A stretch of DNA of 32,000 nt, from positions 1,530,001 to 1,562,000 of the forward strand of contig NC_013849.1 of assembly GCF_000025505.1 (NCBI RefSeq). Reading direction: 5' to 3'. The translations under genes were made by a program, and so were the position numbers. Origin of the DNA: Ferroglobus placidus DSM 10642 (GTDB lineage Archaea > Halobacteriota > Archaeoglobi > Archaeoglobales > Archaeoglobaceae). The notes beneath the pieces were generated by a model that was not told where the DNA came from, did not search any database, and saw nothing but the letters and a program-made list of their open reading frames with translations. Shown here piece by piece: positions 9,583 through 19,075 of the stretch (its first letter is position 1; every line of letters starts with the position of its first letter).

Positions 9583-10679
9583 TTCCTACCACCCCCTACA
9601 ACTTTTCTTAACAGCGTAACCGCTATAGAAATGCTTACGAGAGTGTAGAGGAGTAAAATCGCTATGTGTGGATAAACGACCTCCAAGCCGTTCCCCTTTA
9701 TCATAACTTCTCTAAAAGCTATGTTCGCATAAGTCAGAGGTACGAAGTAGGATATCATTCTCGCTCCTTCGGGCATGCTTTCCAGCGGGTAGAAAAATCC
9801 GGAGAGGAATATGCTGATTAAAGCGAAGAGCATCGAAGCCTGAATACCTTGAAGTTGCGTTGCTGAAACTGCCGAAATAGCGAGTCCAACGCCTATCGAG
9901 CCTGTGAGAAAAAGAAGTTGAGCGAGTATGAGAAGGAAAATATTTCCTCTTATCTCCACGTCAAAAGCGAAGTGGGTTATCGCCATGACTACAAAAACGT
10001 CGAGCATAATTATCGACGTTACGGCAGCAAACTTCCCCAGAATTAGCTCGGAACTTTTAAGCGGCGTTGAGAAAATTAACTCCAGAGTTCCTTCTTCCTT
10101 TTCTCTTGCAACGGAACTCGAAGATAAAATCAAACCGAGCATTTGAGTTACAACACCGATAATAGCTGGAGCGATGAAATCTATTAGCCTCGTTTTTGTC
10201 GTGAAAACGTACCTCTGCTCAACTCTTATCCCGCCGAAAAAACTCCTCGAGAGTTCTGAGGATATCGCGTTAATTCCTTCAATCACCGATTTCGCCACGT
10301 TGTAGTTTGATTCGTCGACGTAGACTTCTATCGAGGCTGAACCGTTTCTAAACTCTCTTTCAAAGTTTCTGGGAATGTAGATGGCGGAATGAACTTTTCC
10401 AAGCTTTACGAGTTCTACAGCCTCGCTCCTGCTGTAAACGAAGTATTTTATGTCGAAGGCATCGCTCGAATGCAGAGCGTAAACGAGCTTTAGAGAAAGT
10501 TCGCTACCGTCCTCATCAACAACCGCGACACCCACGTTCTTTATTTCTCCGGAAAAAGCGTAACCGAAAACGGAGACGAGTATTATCGGTTGCATGATTA
10601 TTATAGCGAGCAACCTCCTCTCCCTCGCCACAACCCTCAGCTCCTTGACGAATACCGAGTATATTTTTTCAGCCCTCAT
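9579..10679 (-). CDS. ABC-2 type transporter permease
   Basis: Six-TM ABC-2 topology, large external loop, motifs SSSVAREKEEGTLELIFSTPLKSSELILGK and FLSGFFYPLESMP. Confidence 0.92.
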   Translation of the reverse strand: MRAEKIYSVFVKELRVVARERRLLAIIIMQPIILVSVFGYAFSGEIKNVGVAVVDEDGSELSLKLVYALHSSDAFDIKYFVYSRSEAVELVKLGKVHSAIYIPRNFEREFRNGSASIEVYVDESNYNVAKSVIEGINAISSELSRSFFGGIRVEQRYVFTTKTRLIDFIAPAIIGVVTQMLGLILSSSSVAREKEEGTLELIFSTPLKSSELILGKFAAVTSIIMLDVFVVMAITHFAFDVEIRGNIFLLILAQLLFLTGSIGVGLAISAVSATQLQGIQASMLFALISIFLSGFFYPLESMPEGARMISYFVPLTYANIAFREVMIKGNGLEVVYPHIAILLLYTLVSISIAVTLLRKVVGGGRK

Positions 10680-11542
10680 TTTTCCACCAGTTTCAAAAAA
10701 GCTTCCTCGAGGGACGCTTTTACTATCTCCACTTCTTCCACTTCAACTCCTTCTCTTCTCAGAACTTCGACTACCTTCGAAATTTCCCGCGAAGCTAACG
10801 TAGTTTTTACTGCAATCGAATCATCGACTTCAACCTCGTAACCCAGCGATGAAAGCAATTTAGCCGCTTTCCGCTTGTCGTCGACCTTAACTTTTATTAT
10901 TTCTCCACCAATAGCTTTTCTTTTTACGTCCTCTGGACTCCCTTCGGCTATCTTCTCCCCGTTTCTCATTAAGACTATCCTATCGCACTTCTCCGCCTCG
11001 TCCATGTAATGAGTTGTGACCAGAATTGTTTTACCTTCAGCATTCAACCTCTCAAAATACTCCCAGAAGGTTTTTCTCAGCGGAGGATCGACTCCTGCGG
11101 TTGGCTCATCGAGAATTAGCAAGTCGGGATCGTGAATCATAGCGCAGGCAAGCATCGCTCTCTGTCTCATTCCGCCGCTAAGATTTTTTACGAGCCTGTT
11201 TCTAAATTCGTACAAGTCCACGAGCTTTAACAACTCCTCAATTCTCTGCTTAGCTTCTTTTACTCCGTGTAGTGATGCGAAAAACTTCATGTTTTCCTCG
11301 ACTGTCAGGTTTAAGTAAAGGGGGGAGTTTTGAGGCATCCAGCCTATCGAATCGGCGTAAACTTCGATTTTTCCCTCGTAAGGCACCATTCCAAAAATCG
11401 CTCTTATCGTAGTTGTTTTTCCAGCTCCGTTCGGTCCGAGCAAACCAAAAATTTCTCCCCTTTTAACTCTCAAACTGAAATTATTTACGGCAACGAAGTT
11501 TCCGAACTTCACCATGAGATTTTCGATCTCAAGAGCGTTCAT
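10676..11542 (-). CDS. ABC transporter ATP-binding protein
   Basis: Walker A GPNGAGKTT, signature LSGGMRQR, Walker B LLILDEPTAG, H-loop TTHYMDEAE. ATG 11542 (MNALEIENL) is a better start than the track's TTG 11563. Confidence 0.93.
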   Translation of the reverse strand: MNALEIENLMVKFGNFVAVNNFSLRVKRGEIFGLLGPNGAGKTTTIRAIFGMVPYEGKIEVYADSIGWMPQNSPLYLNLTVEENMKFFASLHGVKEAKQRIEELLKLVDLYEFRNRLVKNLSGGMRQRAMLACAMIHDPDLLILDEPTAGVDPPLRKTFWEYFERLNAEGKTILVTTHYMDEAEKCDRIVLMRNGEKIAEGSPEDVKRKAIGGEIIKVKVDDKRKAAKLLSSLGYEVEVDDSIAVKTTLASREISKVVEVLRREGVEVEEVEIVKASLEEAFLKLVEK

Positions 11543-11579
11543 TTGCTTAAAAAATAACGGCAAATTTTAAAAAATTGTT

Positions 11580-11597
11580 GTCACTAAAGTTAGTTAC
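11580..11597. promoter_or_regulatory. Inverted repeat GTCACTAA-AG-TTAGTTAC abutting the TrmB-like gene start
   Basis: 8-nt arms with 7 of 8 pairing, immediately before ATG 11598, in the 55-bp divergent region with the ABC operon. Confidence 0.5.
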
Positions 11598-12359
11598 ATG
11601 ATTGAATTAGGGGAAGTGGTGGACAAGTTGAAAAGCTTAGGTCTAACTTCTTATGAAGCAAAAGCCCTCGTGGCTCTTTTACGTTTGAATGAAGCTACCG
11701 CAAGGGAAGTAAGCGAAAACACCGGAATTCCGAGAACGAAAGTGTACGAGGTTTTGAGGAGACTCGCTGAGAAGGGTTTTGTAGAAATTCAACCGGGAAC
11801 ACCTACTGTTTTCAGAGCTTTGGAGCCTTTAGAGGTGGTGGATAAAATTCAGCAGGACGTCGTGAATAAAATGAGGGAGCTGGCAACTTTGATGAAGAAA
11901 ATAAACGTGGAAAAGAAAAATGAAGCTCACCACGTTTGGGTTTCGAAGGGGAGGTTTGCCGTTGAGAGTAAGTTGAAGGAGATTTTAGACGGTGTGAAGA
12001 AAGAAGTCCTTTTGTTTTTGATAGATCCCCAGTTCAAACTTGATCTGCCGAAGTCGAAGGTTTCTAAAGTCTTGCTGTACGAAAAAGTAGCTTTGGAGAT
12101 TGACTCGTTTAAAGTAATTGACAAAGAAAAGTTGAAGAACGCTGACGAATTTTACAGAAAGTTCGCCAAGCTAATTGAAGGTTACGTGATCAACAATGTA
12201 GAATACAAGCCGAAGCTTTTAGTTATCGCAGACGACGAAAAATCTCTTTTGATTTTCGGGGAAGGGGGTAGACTCGTGGCGATTTCGATTTCGATACCGC
12301 TGATAGTTCTGTTGCAGAAAGCGATGTTTGAAAGCCTCTGGGATAACTTCACTATCTGA
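11598..12359 (+). CDS. TrmB-like transcriptional regulator
   Basis: N-terminal wHTH LTSYEAKALVALLRLNEATAREVSENTGIPRTKVYEVLRRLAEKGFVE, with a C-terminal effector-type region. Divergent from the ABC operon. Confidence 0.88.
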   Translation: MIELGEVVDKLKSLGLTSYEAKALVALLRLNEATAREVSENTGIPRTKVYEVLRRLAEKGFVEIQPGTPTVFRALEPLEVVDKIQQDVVNKMRELATLMKKINVEKKNEAHHVWVSKGRFAVESKLKEILDGVKKEVLLFLIDPQFKLDLPKSKVSKVLLYEKVALEIDSFKVIDKEKLKNADEFYRKFAKLIEGYVINNVEYKPKLLVIADDEKSLLIFGEGGRLVAISISIPLIVLLQKAMFESLWDNFTI

Positions 12360-14115
12360 AGTAGTAATAGTACTCTCCGGCAGCCTTTTGCTCTCTGTCG
12401 AGCCTCGATCCCAGCTTGTTCACGCGAGGTCTTTTAGTCTCTTCGTCCCTTCTGAAAGTTATTCCGAGTTCCGCCAGGAACTTGTTCATTCCGTCTCTCA
12501 TGCTCATCGGCTTGGAAGCTTTTCCTCTCACTCCGGGAATTCCGGAAAAAACGATTAGTCTGTCGGAAATTAAGTCTATCAGATATATGTCGTGATCGAC
12601 AACGAAAACGCTCTTCGAGTTGTTCATCGCAAACCTCTTCAGCAATCTCGAAACTTCTGCTCTCTGCTCAACGTCGAGGTGTGCTGAGGGTTCGTCTAAG
12701 AAGTAGATGTCAGCTTCTCTAAGCAAGCAAGCTGCTATAGCCACTCTCTGAAGCTCTCCACCGCTCAGCTCGTCCAAGTTCTTGTCCATGAGCTTCTCAA
12801 GCTGCAAAGGCTTCACGAACTCAGTTTTGTAGTAGGAGCTATCTATCATCGGGTTTATGCTCCTCAGGAAATCTCTAACCTGCATGCTAACGTCAGCTTT
12901 GACGTATTGCGGTTTGTATGAAACTTTCAACTCCAGCTCGACCTTCTCTTCATCATCCTTTAGAACCCCAGCCAGAACCTTGACGAAGGTGGACTTTCCG
13001 GTTGCGTTTCTCCCTACTATCCCTATTACTTCTCCTTCTCTTATATCCCCACTTTCAGCTTCAAGAACAAAGTCCTTGTAGGATTTTCTAAAGGAAGGAT
13101 ACTCAAAAACAACTTTTTCCAGCTCGCTCTCCCTCGGCTGCAAGACTTCGAATTCGATCGGCTTCTCTCTAATTCTGATGTTCTCCTCAACCAAGTAGCC
13201 TCGGAGGTACTGGTTTATTCCGACTCTCGTCCCCTTCGCGTTCGTTATAACTCCGTAAACTCCCGGCTCGCCGTAGGAGATGTGAATGAAGTCCGTTAAC
13301 ATGTCGAGAATCGCCAAATCGTGCTCAACAACCATCACAGGCTTTTTATCTGCAATCTCCTTCACGACTTTTGCGGCGTTTATCCTTTCGTATATGTCCA
13401 GGTAAGATGTGATTTCGTCCAAAAAGTAGAAATCAGCTTCTCTAAGCAAGCAAGCTGCTATAGCCACTCTCTGAAGCTCTCCACCGCTCAGCTCGTTTAT
13501 GTCCCTTTTCACCGCTTCCTTCAAATTCAGCTTTTCCACAATTTCATCAAAAGCGTTCCTTTCGTCAACTCTCCTCAGCAGTTCTCCTGCATTTCCCTTG
13601 TAAACCTTCGGTATAGCTTCGATGTACTGCGGCTTGACGCTAACTCTAATATTTCCGTCGGCGAGCTCCTTTAAGTAGTTGAAGAGCTCCGTCCCAGAAA
13701 ACCTCTCTAAAATTTCGTCCCACTCAGCCTTCTCTTTCCCCAAATTCGGTTTTAGCTGACCGGATAAAATTCTCAAAGCCGTGCTCTTTCCGGTTCCGTT
13801 AGCTCCGAGAAGTCCGACCACGTATCCTTTCCTCGGAATTGGCAAATTGTACAAAACGAATCCGTTTTTACCGTATCTGTGAACTTCCTTTCCTTCAAGT
13901 TCCCTCGGCAATCCGATTATAGCTATTGCTTTGAAGGGACACTTCTTGACGCAAATTCCGCATCCGACGCAAAGTTCTTCGCTTATTACGGCTTTCTCCT
14001 CTATTTTTATTGTCTCGTCTCCGGTTCTGACTTTTGGGCAGTATTTCAAGCACTCGTGACTGCACTTCTTCGGCTGACACCTATCTTTGTCGACAACAGC
14101 TATTCTATAACTCAT
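12352..14115 (-). CDS. rli1: Ribosome recycling ATPase ABCE1/Rli1
   Basis: N-terminal Fe-S cysteines (CQPKKCSHECLKYCP, CVGCGICVKKCPF), two ABC domains with LSGGELQRVAIAACLLREAD, and two Walker A motifs. Confidence 0.97.
   Translation of the reverse strand: MSYRIAVVDKDRCQPKKCSHECLKYCPKVRTGDETIKIEEKAVISEELCVGCGICVKKCPFKAIAIIGLPRELEGKEVHRYGKNGFVLYNLPIPRKGYVVGLLGANGTGKSTALRILSGQLKPNLGKEKAEWDEILERFSGTELFNYLKELADGNIRVSVKPQYIEAIPKVYKGNAGELLRRVDERNAFDEIVEKLNLKEAVKRDINELSGGELQRVAIAACLLREADFYFLDEITSYLDIYERINAAKVVKEIADKKPVMVVEHDLAILDMLTDFIHISYGEPGVYGVITNAKGTRVGINQYLRGYLVEENIRIREKPIEFEVLQPRESELEKVVFEYPSFRKSYKDFVLEAESGDIREGEVIGIVGRNATGKSTFVKVLAGVLKDDEEKVELELKVSYKPQYVKADVSMQVRDFLRSINPMIDSSYYKTEFVKPLQLEKLMDKNLDELSGGELQRVAIAACLLREADIYFLDEPSAHLDVEQRAEVSRLLKRFAMNNSKSVFVVDHDIYLIDLISDRLIVFSGIPGVRGKASKPMSMRDGMNKFLAELGITFRRDEETKRPRVNKLGSRLDREQKAAGEYYYYFR
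12710..12773. repeat. 64-bp perfect repeat, copy in the second ABC domain of rli1
   Basis: tcagcttctctaagcaagcaagctgctatagccactctctgaagctctccaccgctcagctcgt, identical to 13433..13496. Confidence 0.95.
13433..13496. repeat. 64-bp perfect repeat, copy in the first ABC domain of rli1
   Basis: Identical to 12710..12773; encodes ELSGGELQRVAIAACLLREAD. Confidence 0.95.
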
Positions 14116-14148
14116 TCGGGGTAAGCTAAGGAGTGCGAAATATAAGGG

Positions 14149-15003
14149 TTATTTTTCCTCCAACTCCTTCAGGATTTTCTCGAACTCTTCGTAGGGCTTC
14201 GCTCCTTCAACGACCTTTCCGTTTACGAAAAACGTCGGCGTACCTCTAACTCCAAGCTTTATTCCTTCTTCCTTGTCTTTCAAAACCTCCTCCCTATACT
14301 TATCCGAATTCAGACAAATTTCGAACTCGCTCACGTTCAGTCCGAGCTCCTTGGCGTATTCTAAAAGCTTGCTCTCGTTTTTTCTCCACTCTTCCTGTCG
14401 CTGAAAGAGAACGTCGTGGTACTCCCAGTACTTCCCCTGCTCTCCCGCACAATTTGCTGCTTCGTGAGCCTTCACTTCTCCATGGATTGGAAAGTCTTTG
14501 AAAACAACTTTGACGCTGAAGTTTTGCAGAATTTTTGGAAGAGTTTCCAGAGCGAACTTCGCACAGAACGGGCAGTCGTAGCTGGAGAACTCCACTATAG
14601 TAATCTTCGCGTTCGGATCTCCTTTCCAAGGTTCGTTTTCGACGTCAATTAATTTTTCAGCTTTTTCATTTTCGACTTCTCCGCTCAAATCGAACTTCCC
14701 GATAAAGAGGTACTTCCCGTCTTTCGTAACGTAAACGGAGTCGTAGCCTAAAGTGTTTCCGTCTTTGGAGAATTCGAGATCGAAAACGTAAAAGCCATCC
14801 TCTTCGCTCACGTTAACGATTTTAGCCTCAATTCCCGGCTTAAGCAAATTTGTATTTACGAAGTTGACGACCTTTTCCTCTATCTCAGACAGAGAAGATT
14901 TTTCGATCTTCTCCTTGCTGCCGTAATTTACAGCGTATCCGGCAGCGAATCCGAGAACGAAGATTATCGCGAGTACTGCCAAATTCTTACCGCTTAAATC
15001 CAT
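14149..15003 (-). CDS. DsbA-family thioredoxin-fold protein, membrane anchored
   Basis: N-terminal TM, ITIVEFSSYDCPFCAKFALETLP (CPFC), GVRGTPTFFVNGKVVEG. Confidence 0.9.
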   Translation of the reverse strand: MDLSGKNLAVLAIIFVLGFAAGYAVNYGSKEKIEKSSLSEIEEKVVNFVNTNLLKPGIEAKIVNVSEEDGFYVFDLEFSKDGNTLGYDSVYVTKDGKYLFIGKFDLSGEVENEKAEKLIDVENEPWKGDPNAKITIVEFSSYDCPFCAKFALETLPKILQNFSVKVVFKDFPIHGEVKAHEAANCAGEQGKYWEYHDVLFQRQEEWRKNESKLLEYAKELGLNVSEFEICLNSDKYREEVLKDKEEGIKLGVRGTPTFFVNGKVVEGAKPYEEFEKILKELEEK

Positions 15004-15085
15004 GCACTATCTAAAGGCTAACACAATAAAACGTTTTTCCAAGATATATAGAAAAACTAAAGAGCGTTAAGATTTTTTTAAAGCT

Positions 15086-15862
15086 ATGCTGAAGGTCGAA
15101 AAAATTGAAGACGTTGAGAAGGTAGAGATGGGAACCGAAATAAATGGGGTGATTTTCTTAACCACCTGCGCCTACGTTTATTCGGACATGGTTTTCGACT
15201 CAGGATGCTCCAACGCAAGGAAGGAATTTCGGGACTTCGTTATTCGAAGAAACTTGGATGATTTGAGCGTATATTTAACGCACTTTCACGAAGATCACGC
15301 AGGAAATGCGGAACTCTTCAATTTAATAAGGGCTGGAGAAGAGACGAAAAAAATACTCGTTAGAGGGTACGACGTTCCTCCTTACAGAAAGGCTGTTTGG
15401 GGAGATTTCGAACCTCTGAGAGGTAAAAATATCGAAGAGCCGGACGTAGACTTCATTGAAGCTCCAGGACACTCTCACGACCACCTCGTATACTTCATCG
15501 ATGACTACGCTTTCGTTGGAGACCTCGTAGTGACGATGAAGCCACAGGTCTCTTTCGTTTCGGAAAAATTCGTTCAAATAATTGATTCCATTGAGAATCT
15601 GCTAAAAAGGGATTTCGAAGTCGCCTTCGGAGGTCACGGGGTTTTCAGCAGAGAAGAGGTTGAGGGCTATCTTGCGTACCTGAAAAATTTGAGGGAAGAG
15701 TGTTTGGAGCTTTACGAGAAAGGTTTGAGCTTTATCGAAATATACGAGAGAGTTATAGGAAAACCGAGCAACAAAGCGATGATGTTTGAAACCTTTAGCA
15801 GTGGGGAGTGGAGTAGAGAGAGGCTGATTAAGTCGCTTATAAGCGTTTTACAAGTTGAGTAA
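15086..15862 (+). CDS. MBL-fold metallo-hydrolase
   Basis: LTHFHEDHAGN, EAPGHSHDHLVYF, FVGDLVV, AFGGHG metal-ligand motifs. Confidence 0.9.
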   Translation: MLKVEKIEDVEKVEMGTEINGVIFLTTCAYVYSDMVFDSGCSNARKEFRDFVIRRNLDDLSVYLTHFHEDHAGNAELFNLIRAGEETKKILVRGYDVPPYRKAVWGDFEPLRGKNIEEPDVDFIEAPGHSHDHLVYFIDDYAFVGDLVVTMKPQVSFVSEKFVQIIDSIENLLKRDFEVAFGGHGVFSREEVEGYLAYLKNLREECLELYEKGLSFIEIYERVIGKPSNKAMMFETFSSGEWSRERLIKSLISVLQVE

Positions 15863-16090
15863 AAGCGTCCAGCTAACGTACCAGCTGCAGAGAGAAAGGA
15901 AGAATATAGCCACCCAGTCCTTGGTTTCTATCTTCTCTCCTAACTTGGGGAGTATGAACTTGTGGATGTAAACGAATGCCATGAGAACGACTATTCCTAT
16001 CGCATCCCTCGTCCTGAGGTCTTGAGTTATTAGGTAAGAGATGATTCCAGCCAGCGCTCCGAGCAGTATTGGAAGATACGTCTTCTTCAT
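15848..16090 (-). CDS. EMC6-like small membrane protein
   Basis: 80 aa from ATG 16090 (MKKTYLPILLGALAGIISYLITQDL...DWVAIFFLSLCSWYVSWTLLLNL), with AGGTGAGGG upstream. The track start at 16165 lies inside thrS. Confidence 0.7.
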   Translation of the reverse strand: MKKTYLPILLGALAGIISYLITQDLRTRDAIGIVVLMAFVYIHKFILPKLGEKIETKDWVAIFFLSLCSWYVSWTLLLNL

Positions 16091-16095
16091 TTCCC

Positions 16096-17952
16096 TCACC
16101 TGAAGGACGGTCTCTTCGAGAGGAGCATCGGAAGTGGTAGAGGTTTGAACGGTTTTCCTTCGCACTCCTTCTTTATCCTCTCCACAAGTTCTTCGACGCT
16201 CATTTCAACTCTCTTCTGCTCTTTCAACGTCGACTCGCTTCTCACCGTTACGGTAAGCTTTCCGCTTTCGAGCTCCTTATCTCCTATAACTGCTATGTAG
16301 GGAATCCATTCCGTGGCAGCGTCTCTTATCTTCTTCGAGACAGTCTCCTCTCTATCGTCCACGTCCACTCTTATCTTGTTCTTCTTCAGAACCTCGGCGA
16401 CTTCTAAAGCTCTGTCCATGTGTCTTTCGGAGACCGGAATAACTCTAACCTGCGTAGGAGAGAGCCAAACGGGAAGCATCGGCAGTTTTCCTTTCTCCAT
16501 CTCCATGTGAGCTTTTTCGAGCAGAGCGTACATAACTCTTTCAACAGCACCGCTGGCGGAGCAGTGAAGTATGAGCGGAGTTCTTTTCTCCCCTTTCTCG
16601 TCGTAGTAGTAAATTCCGTACCTTTCGGCGTTCTCAACGTCGATTTGCACCGTGCTTAAAGCTGAAGCTTTATCCAGGGCATCGACGAAGTTGAATTCGA
16701 ACTTCAGAACGAAGTAGAAAAATCTTCTGTCCCACATCTCGATGAGTATCGGCTTCTTCAGAACATCCACGAGGGAGTAAATGAAATCTTTGTTCTCCTC
16801 GAAGAAGTCCTTGGTTACTCTTATTGCCACCTCGTAATCTTCCGGATATATTCCAAGCTCTTTGAGAACTTCAACGGAAAGCTTGTACTGTTCGAAGAAC
16901 TCCCTCTTAGCCTCCTCCATGTCCTTCACTATCGTGTGCATGTCCGGCATCGTAAAAGCTCTCAACCTCCTTAGTCCAACCAGTTCTCCCCTCTGCTCTT
17001 TTCTGAAGGAGTACCTCGTGAGCTCGTACATTCTCAGCGGAAGCGATCTGTAAGGTATAACTCCGTTAGCGGCAATTAAAAACTGTCCGAAGCAAGCTGC
17101 GAACCTCAAAAAGAAGTCCCTCTTATCTCCCTTTATTATGTACTGTCTCGCCGGGAACCTCTCCAAGTACTTCCTCAAAGTTGGATGGGCTCTGTCGTAC
17201 ATTATCGGAGTTTCTACTTCCATCGCTCCGAAGTCTACGCACTTCTCGGTTACGAAACTCTCTATCAGACTTTTAACGAGCCTTCCCTTGGGGTAATACT
17301 TTAAGTGCCCGCTGTCGCTCGCCTCTTCGTAGTCTGCAAGTTCGAGCCTCCTCATCAGCTCTACGTGGGGCGGAATTTTATCTACAGCTCTCCTCTTCTC
17401 CATTTCGTACTTCACGAACTTTCTCAGCTTTTCATAATTCGTGAAATCAAATTTATCGACTTCAACGAGTTTTTTGTCTTCGGTTAAAATGTACCAGTAG
17501 CTTACAGCCTTTTCCTCGTCCTTTAAAGCTTTAGTTACTTCTTCTTCCTCTCCTTTAATTTCCCTCGAAAGCTCGCTCAAAGGATGACCCTTACATGATA
17601 TTTCGAAGGACTTGTAATACCCGAAGGGAGCTCTGTGCACCTCGTATTCATTTTTTATCAGATCTTCCATGTATTTTAATAGCCTTACAGCAGTTTCCGG
17701 ATCGGAAAGGTTAGAAGAAAGATGAGCGTAAGGATAAAGCATTATTCTCTCAGCCTTAACCTTTTTGGCTACGTCGAGAATTTCTTCAACAGCTTTCTCA
17801 GCAACAGCCTCGTTATCTCCCTTTTCTACTGAAATAAAAGCGACGAGAACTTCATTCATCTCGTATCCTTTGCCGTCGAAATCTTCAGCAACCTTGGTCT
17901 TCTTTTTAACCTCGTACTTCATTTTGTCAGCGTGAATGAGCAAAAGCTTCAT
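16096..17952 (-). CDS. thrS: Threonyl-tRNA synthetase, archaeal type with archaea-specific N-terminal domain
   Basis: [24 protein letters not shown]-domain, class II motifs ([38 protein letters not shown]), [14 protein letters not shown] anticodon domain. Confidence 0.97.
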   Translation of the reverse strand: MKLLLIHADKMKYEVKKKTKVAEDFDGKGYEMNEVLVAFISVEKGDNEAVAEKAVEEILDVAKKVKAERIMLYPYAHLSSNLSDPETAVRLLKYMEDLIKNEYEVHRAPFGYYKSFEISCKGHPLSELSREIKGEEEEVTKALKDEEKAVSYWYILTEDKKLVEVDKFDFTNYEKLRKFVKYEMEKRRAVDKIPPHVELMRRLELADYEEASDSGHLKYYPKGRLVKSLIESFVTEKCVDFGAMEVETPIMYDRAHPTLRKYLERFPARQYIIKGDKRDFFLRFAACFGQFLIAANGVIPYRSLPLRMYELTRYSFRKEQRGELVGLRRLRAFTMPDMHTIVKDMEEAKREFFEQYKLSVEVLKELGIYPEDYEVAIRVTKDFFEENKDFIYSLVDVLKKPILIEMWDRRFFYFVLKFEFNFVDALDKASALSTVQIDVENAERYGIYYYDEKGEKRTPLILHCSASGAVERVMYALLEKAHMEMEKGKLPMLPVWLSPTQVRVIPVSERHMDRALEVAEVLKKNKIRVDVDDREETVSKKIRDAATEWIPYIAVIGDKELESGKLTVTVRSESTLKEQKRVEMSVEELVERIKKECEGKPFKPLPLPMLLSKRPSFR

Positions 17953-17998
17953 GGTTTTTCGGAAGAGACTTTGAATTAAATATTTTGCTGTTCCTCTC

Positions 17999-18622
17999 TC
18001 ATTTCAAAACTTTCCCGGTTTTCATGTACCACAAGTACAAGTCGAGTTCGCCGAGAGACAGATCGACTTTTTCAGCCAGTTCTCTCATTCTCTCTTCTAT
18101 TTCCAAATACCTCCTCCTCGTTAAAGTCTTTGGTTTTTCGATAATTCCGTGCTCGCTCAAAACGCTTAAGATGTGTCTGTCGAGGATAGCTAAGTTGAAA
18201 TACCCCACGTTCCTCAGAAAGTGACTCGCTTCCTTATAACCGATCCCCTTCACGTTCTTCACGAGCCACTCCCTTGCCGAAAACTCCCCAAGAGTTGTCA
18301 CGATTTTCTTTAACGCTTCAGCATACTTTCTCGCTTCTACTATGTACTCTGCTCTTTTCGAGTAAAATCTGTGCCCGAAACTTCTCAGCTTCTCTTTCAG
18401 CTCTTCCAAACTCATGTTTAGAAAGCCGTCTTCTCCAAGTTCTTTCTGAATTTTAATTCCAAGCTCCGCTGAGCTGTTGGCTGTGAGAATGCAGAAGCAA
18501 AGTTCGGAAAACCATCTTTTCGAATCGCTTCTTCGAACTTCTAAGAACTCCTCAATCCTTTTCTCGACAATCGGAGAAATCTCCCTCTTTAAGGAATTGA
18601 TTTTTAAAATTAAAGAGTTTAT
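17999..18622 (-). CDS. ogg: Archaeal N-glycosylase/DNA lyase (Ogg2), non-canonical start suspected
   Basis: Open frame extends well upstream of the track start (18415): [85 protein letters not shown]...[27 protein letters not shown]. Matches the remembered M. jannaschii Ogg layout (about 207 aa). Confidence 0.85.
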   Translation of the reverse strand: MNSLILKINSLKREISPIVEKRIEEFLEVRRSDSKRWFSELCFCILTANSSAELGIKIQKELGEDGFLNMSLEELKEKLRSFGHRFYSKRAEYIVEARKYAEALKKIVTTLGEFSAREWLVKNVKGIGYKEASHFLRNVGYFNLAILDRHILSVLSEHGIIEKPKTLTRRRYLEIEERMRELAEKVDLSLGELDLYLWYMKTGKVLK

Positions 18623-18792
18623 CCGAGAACCTCCAGAACTTCGGCTTTTATTTTACCCTTTCCTCCGGTTGGCTCGGCTAAAGTTCTTCCACAAATCAGA
18701 CATTTGACAACCGTAGAGGGGCGATCAAAAATCACCTGCTCGTTTTCGCAGTCCGGACACTTCACCCTTAAAAATTTACTCCTCGTCTCCAT
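18619..18792 (-). CDS. rps27e: 30S ribosomal protein S27e (missed by ORF track)
   Basis: Hand translation: [57 protein letters not shown] (57 aa), a C4 zinc ribbon, directly after L44e. Confidence 0.95.
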   Translation of the reverse strand: METRSKFLRVKCPDCENEQVIFDRPSTVVKCLICGRTLAEPTGGKGKIKAEVLEVLG

Positions 18793-18796
18793 TTAA

Positions 18797-19075
18797 TCAC
18801 CCCACCAGTTCGAACCTTTTCACTCTCCAGGTGGGGCGGTGATGAGCTTTTCCGCACTCGGTGCACCTCCACCTAATGTTGACTCTCTTCGTAGGCTTGT
18901 CTCCTCCGGGAACTTTGCTGAACTTTCCGAGGTTGCCTACCTTTCCTCTCCTCTTCTTCTGTCTGTTAATCCATTTCAAAGCGCTCTGCTTACCCTTACC
19001 CACCTTCTCTATTTCGTGAATCGTGTGCTTGTTGCAGTATTTGCAGAAAGTTCTAACCTTCTTTGGGTACTTCAT
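18797..19075 (-). CDS. rpl44e: 50S ribosomal protein L44e
   Basis: KYPKKVRTFCKYCNKHTIHEIEKVGKGKQSALKWINRQKKRRGKVGNLGKFSKVPGGDKPTKRVNIRWRCTECGKAH. Confidence 0.97.
   Translation of the reverse strand: MKYPKKVRTFCKYCNKHTIHEIEKVGKGKQSALKWINRQKKRRGKVGNLGKFSKVPGGDKPTKRVNIRWRCTECGKAHHRPTWRVKRFELVG

Noticed and set aside
15848-16165. 105-aa version of the EMC6-like protein starting inside thrS
   Set aside because: ATG 16090 has a good SD (AGGTGAGGG) and gives the expected family length. The extra 25 N-terminal residues look non-coding.
16404-16637. Antisense ORFs inside thrS (16313..16510, 16404..16637, 16420..16659) and similar antisense ORFs throughout
   Set aside because: Low-complexity or unrecognisable translations opposite strongly conserved coding sequence, best explained by codon bias of the real gene.
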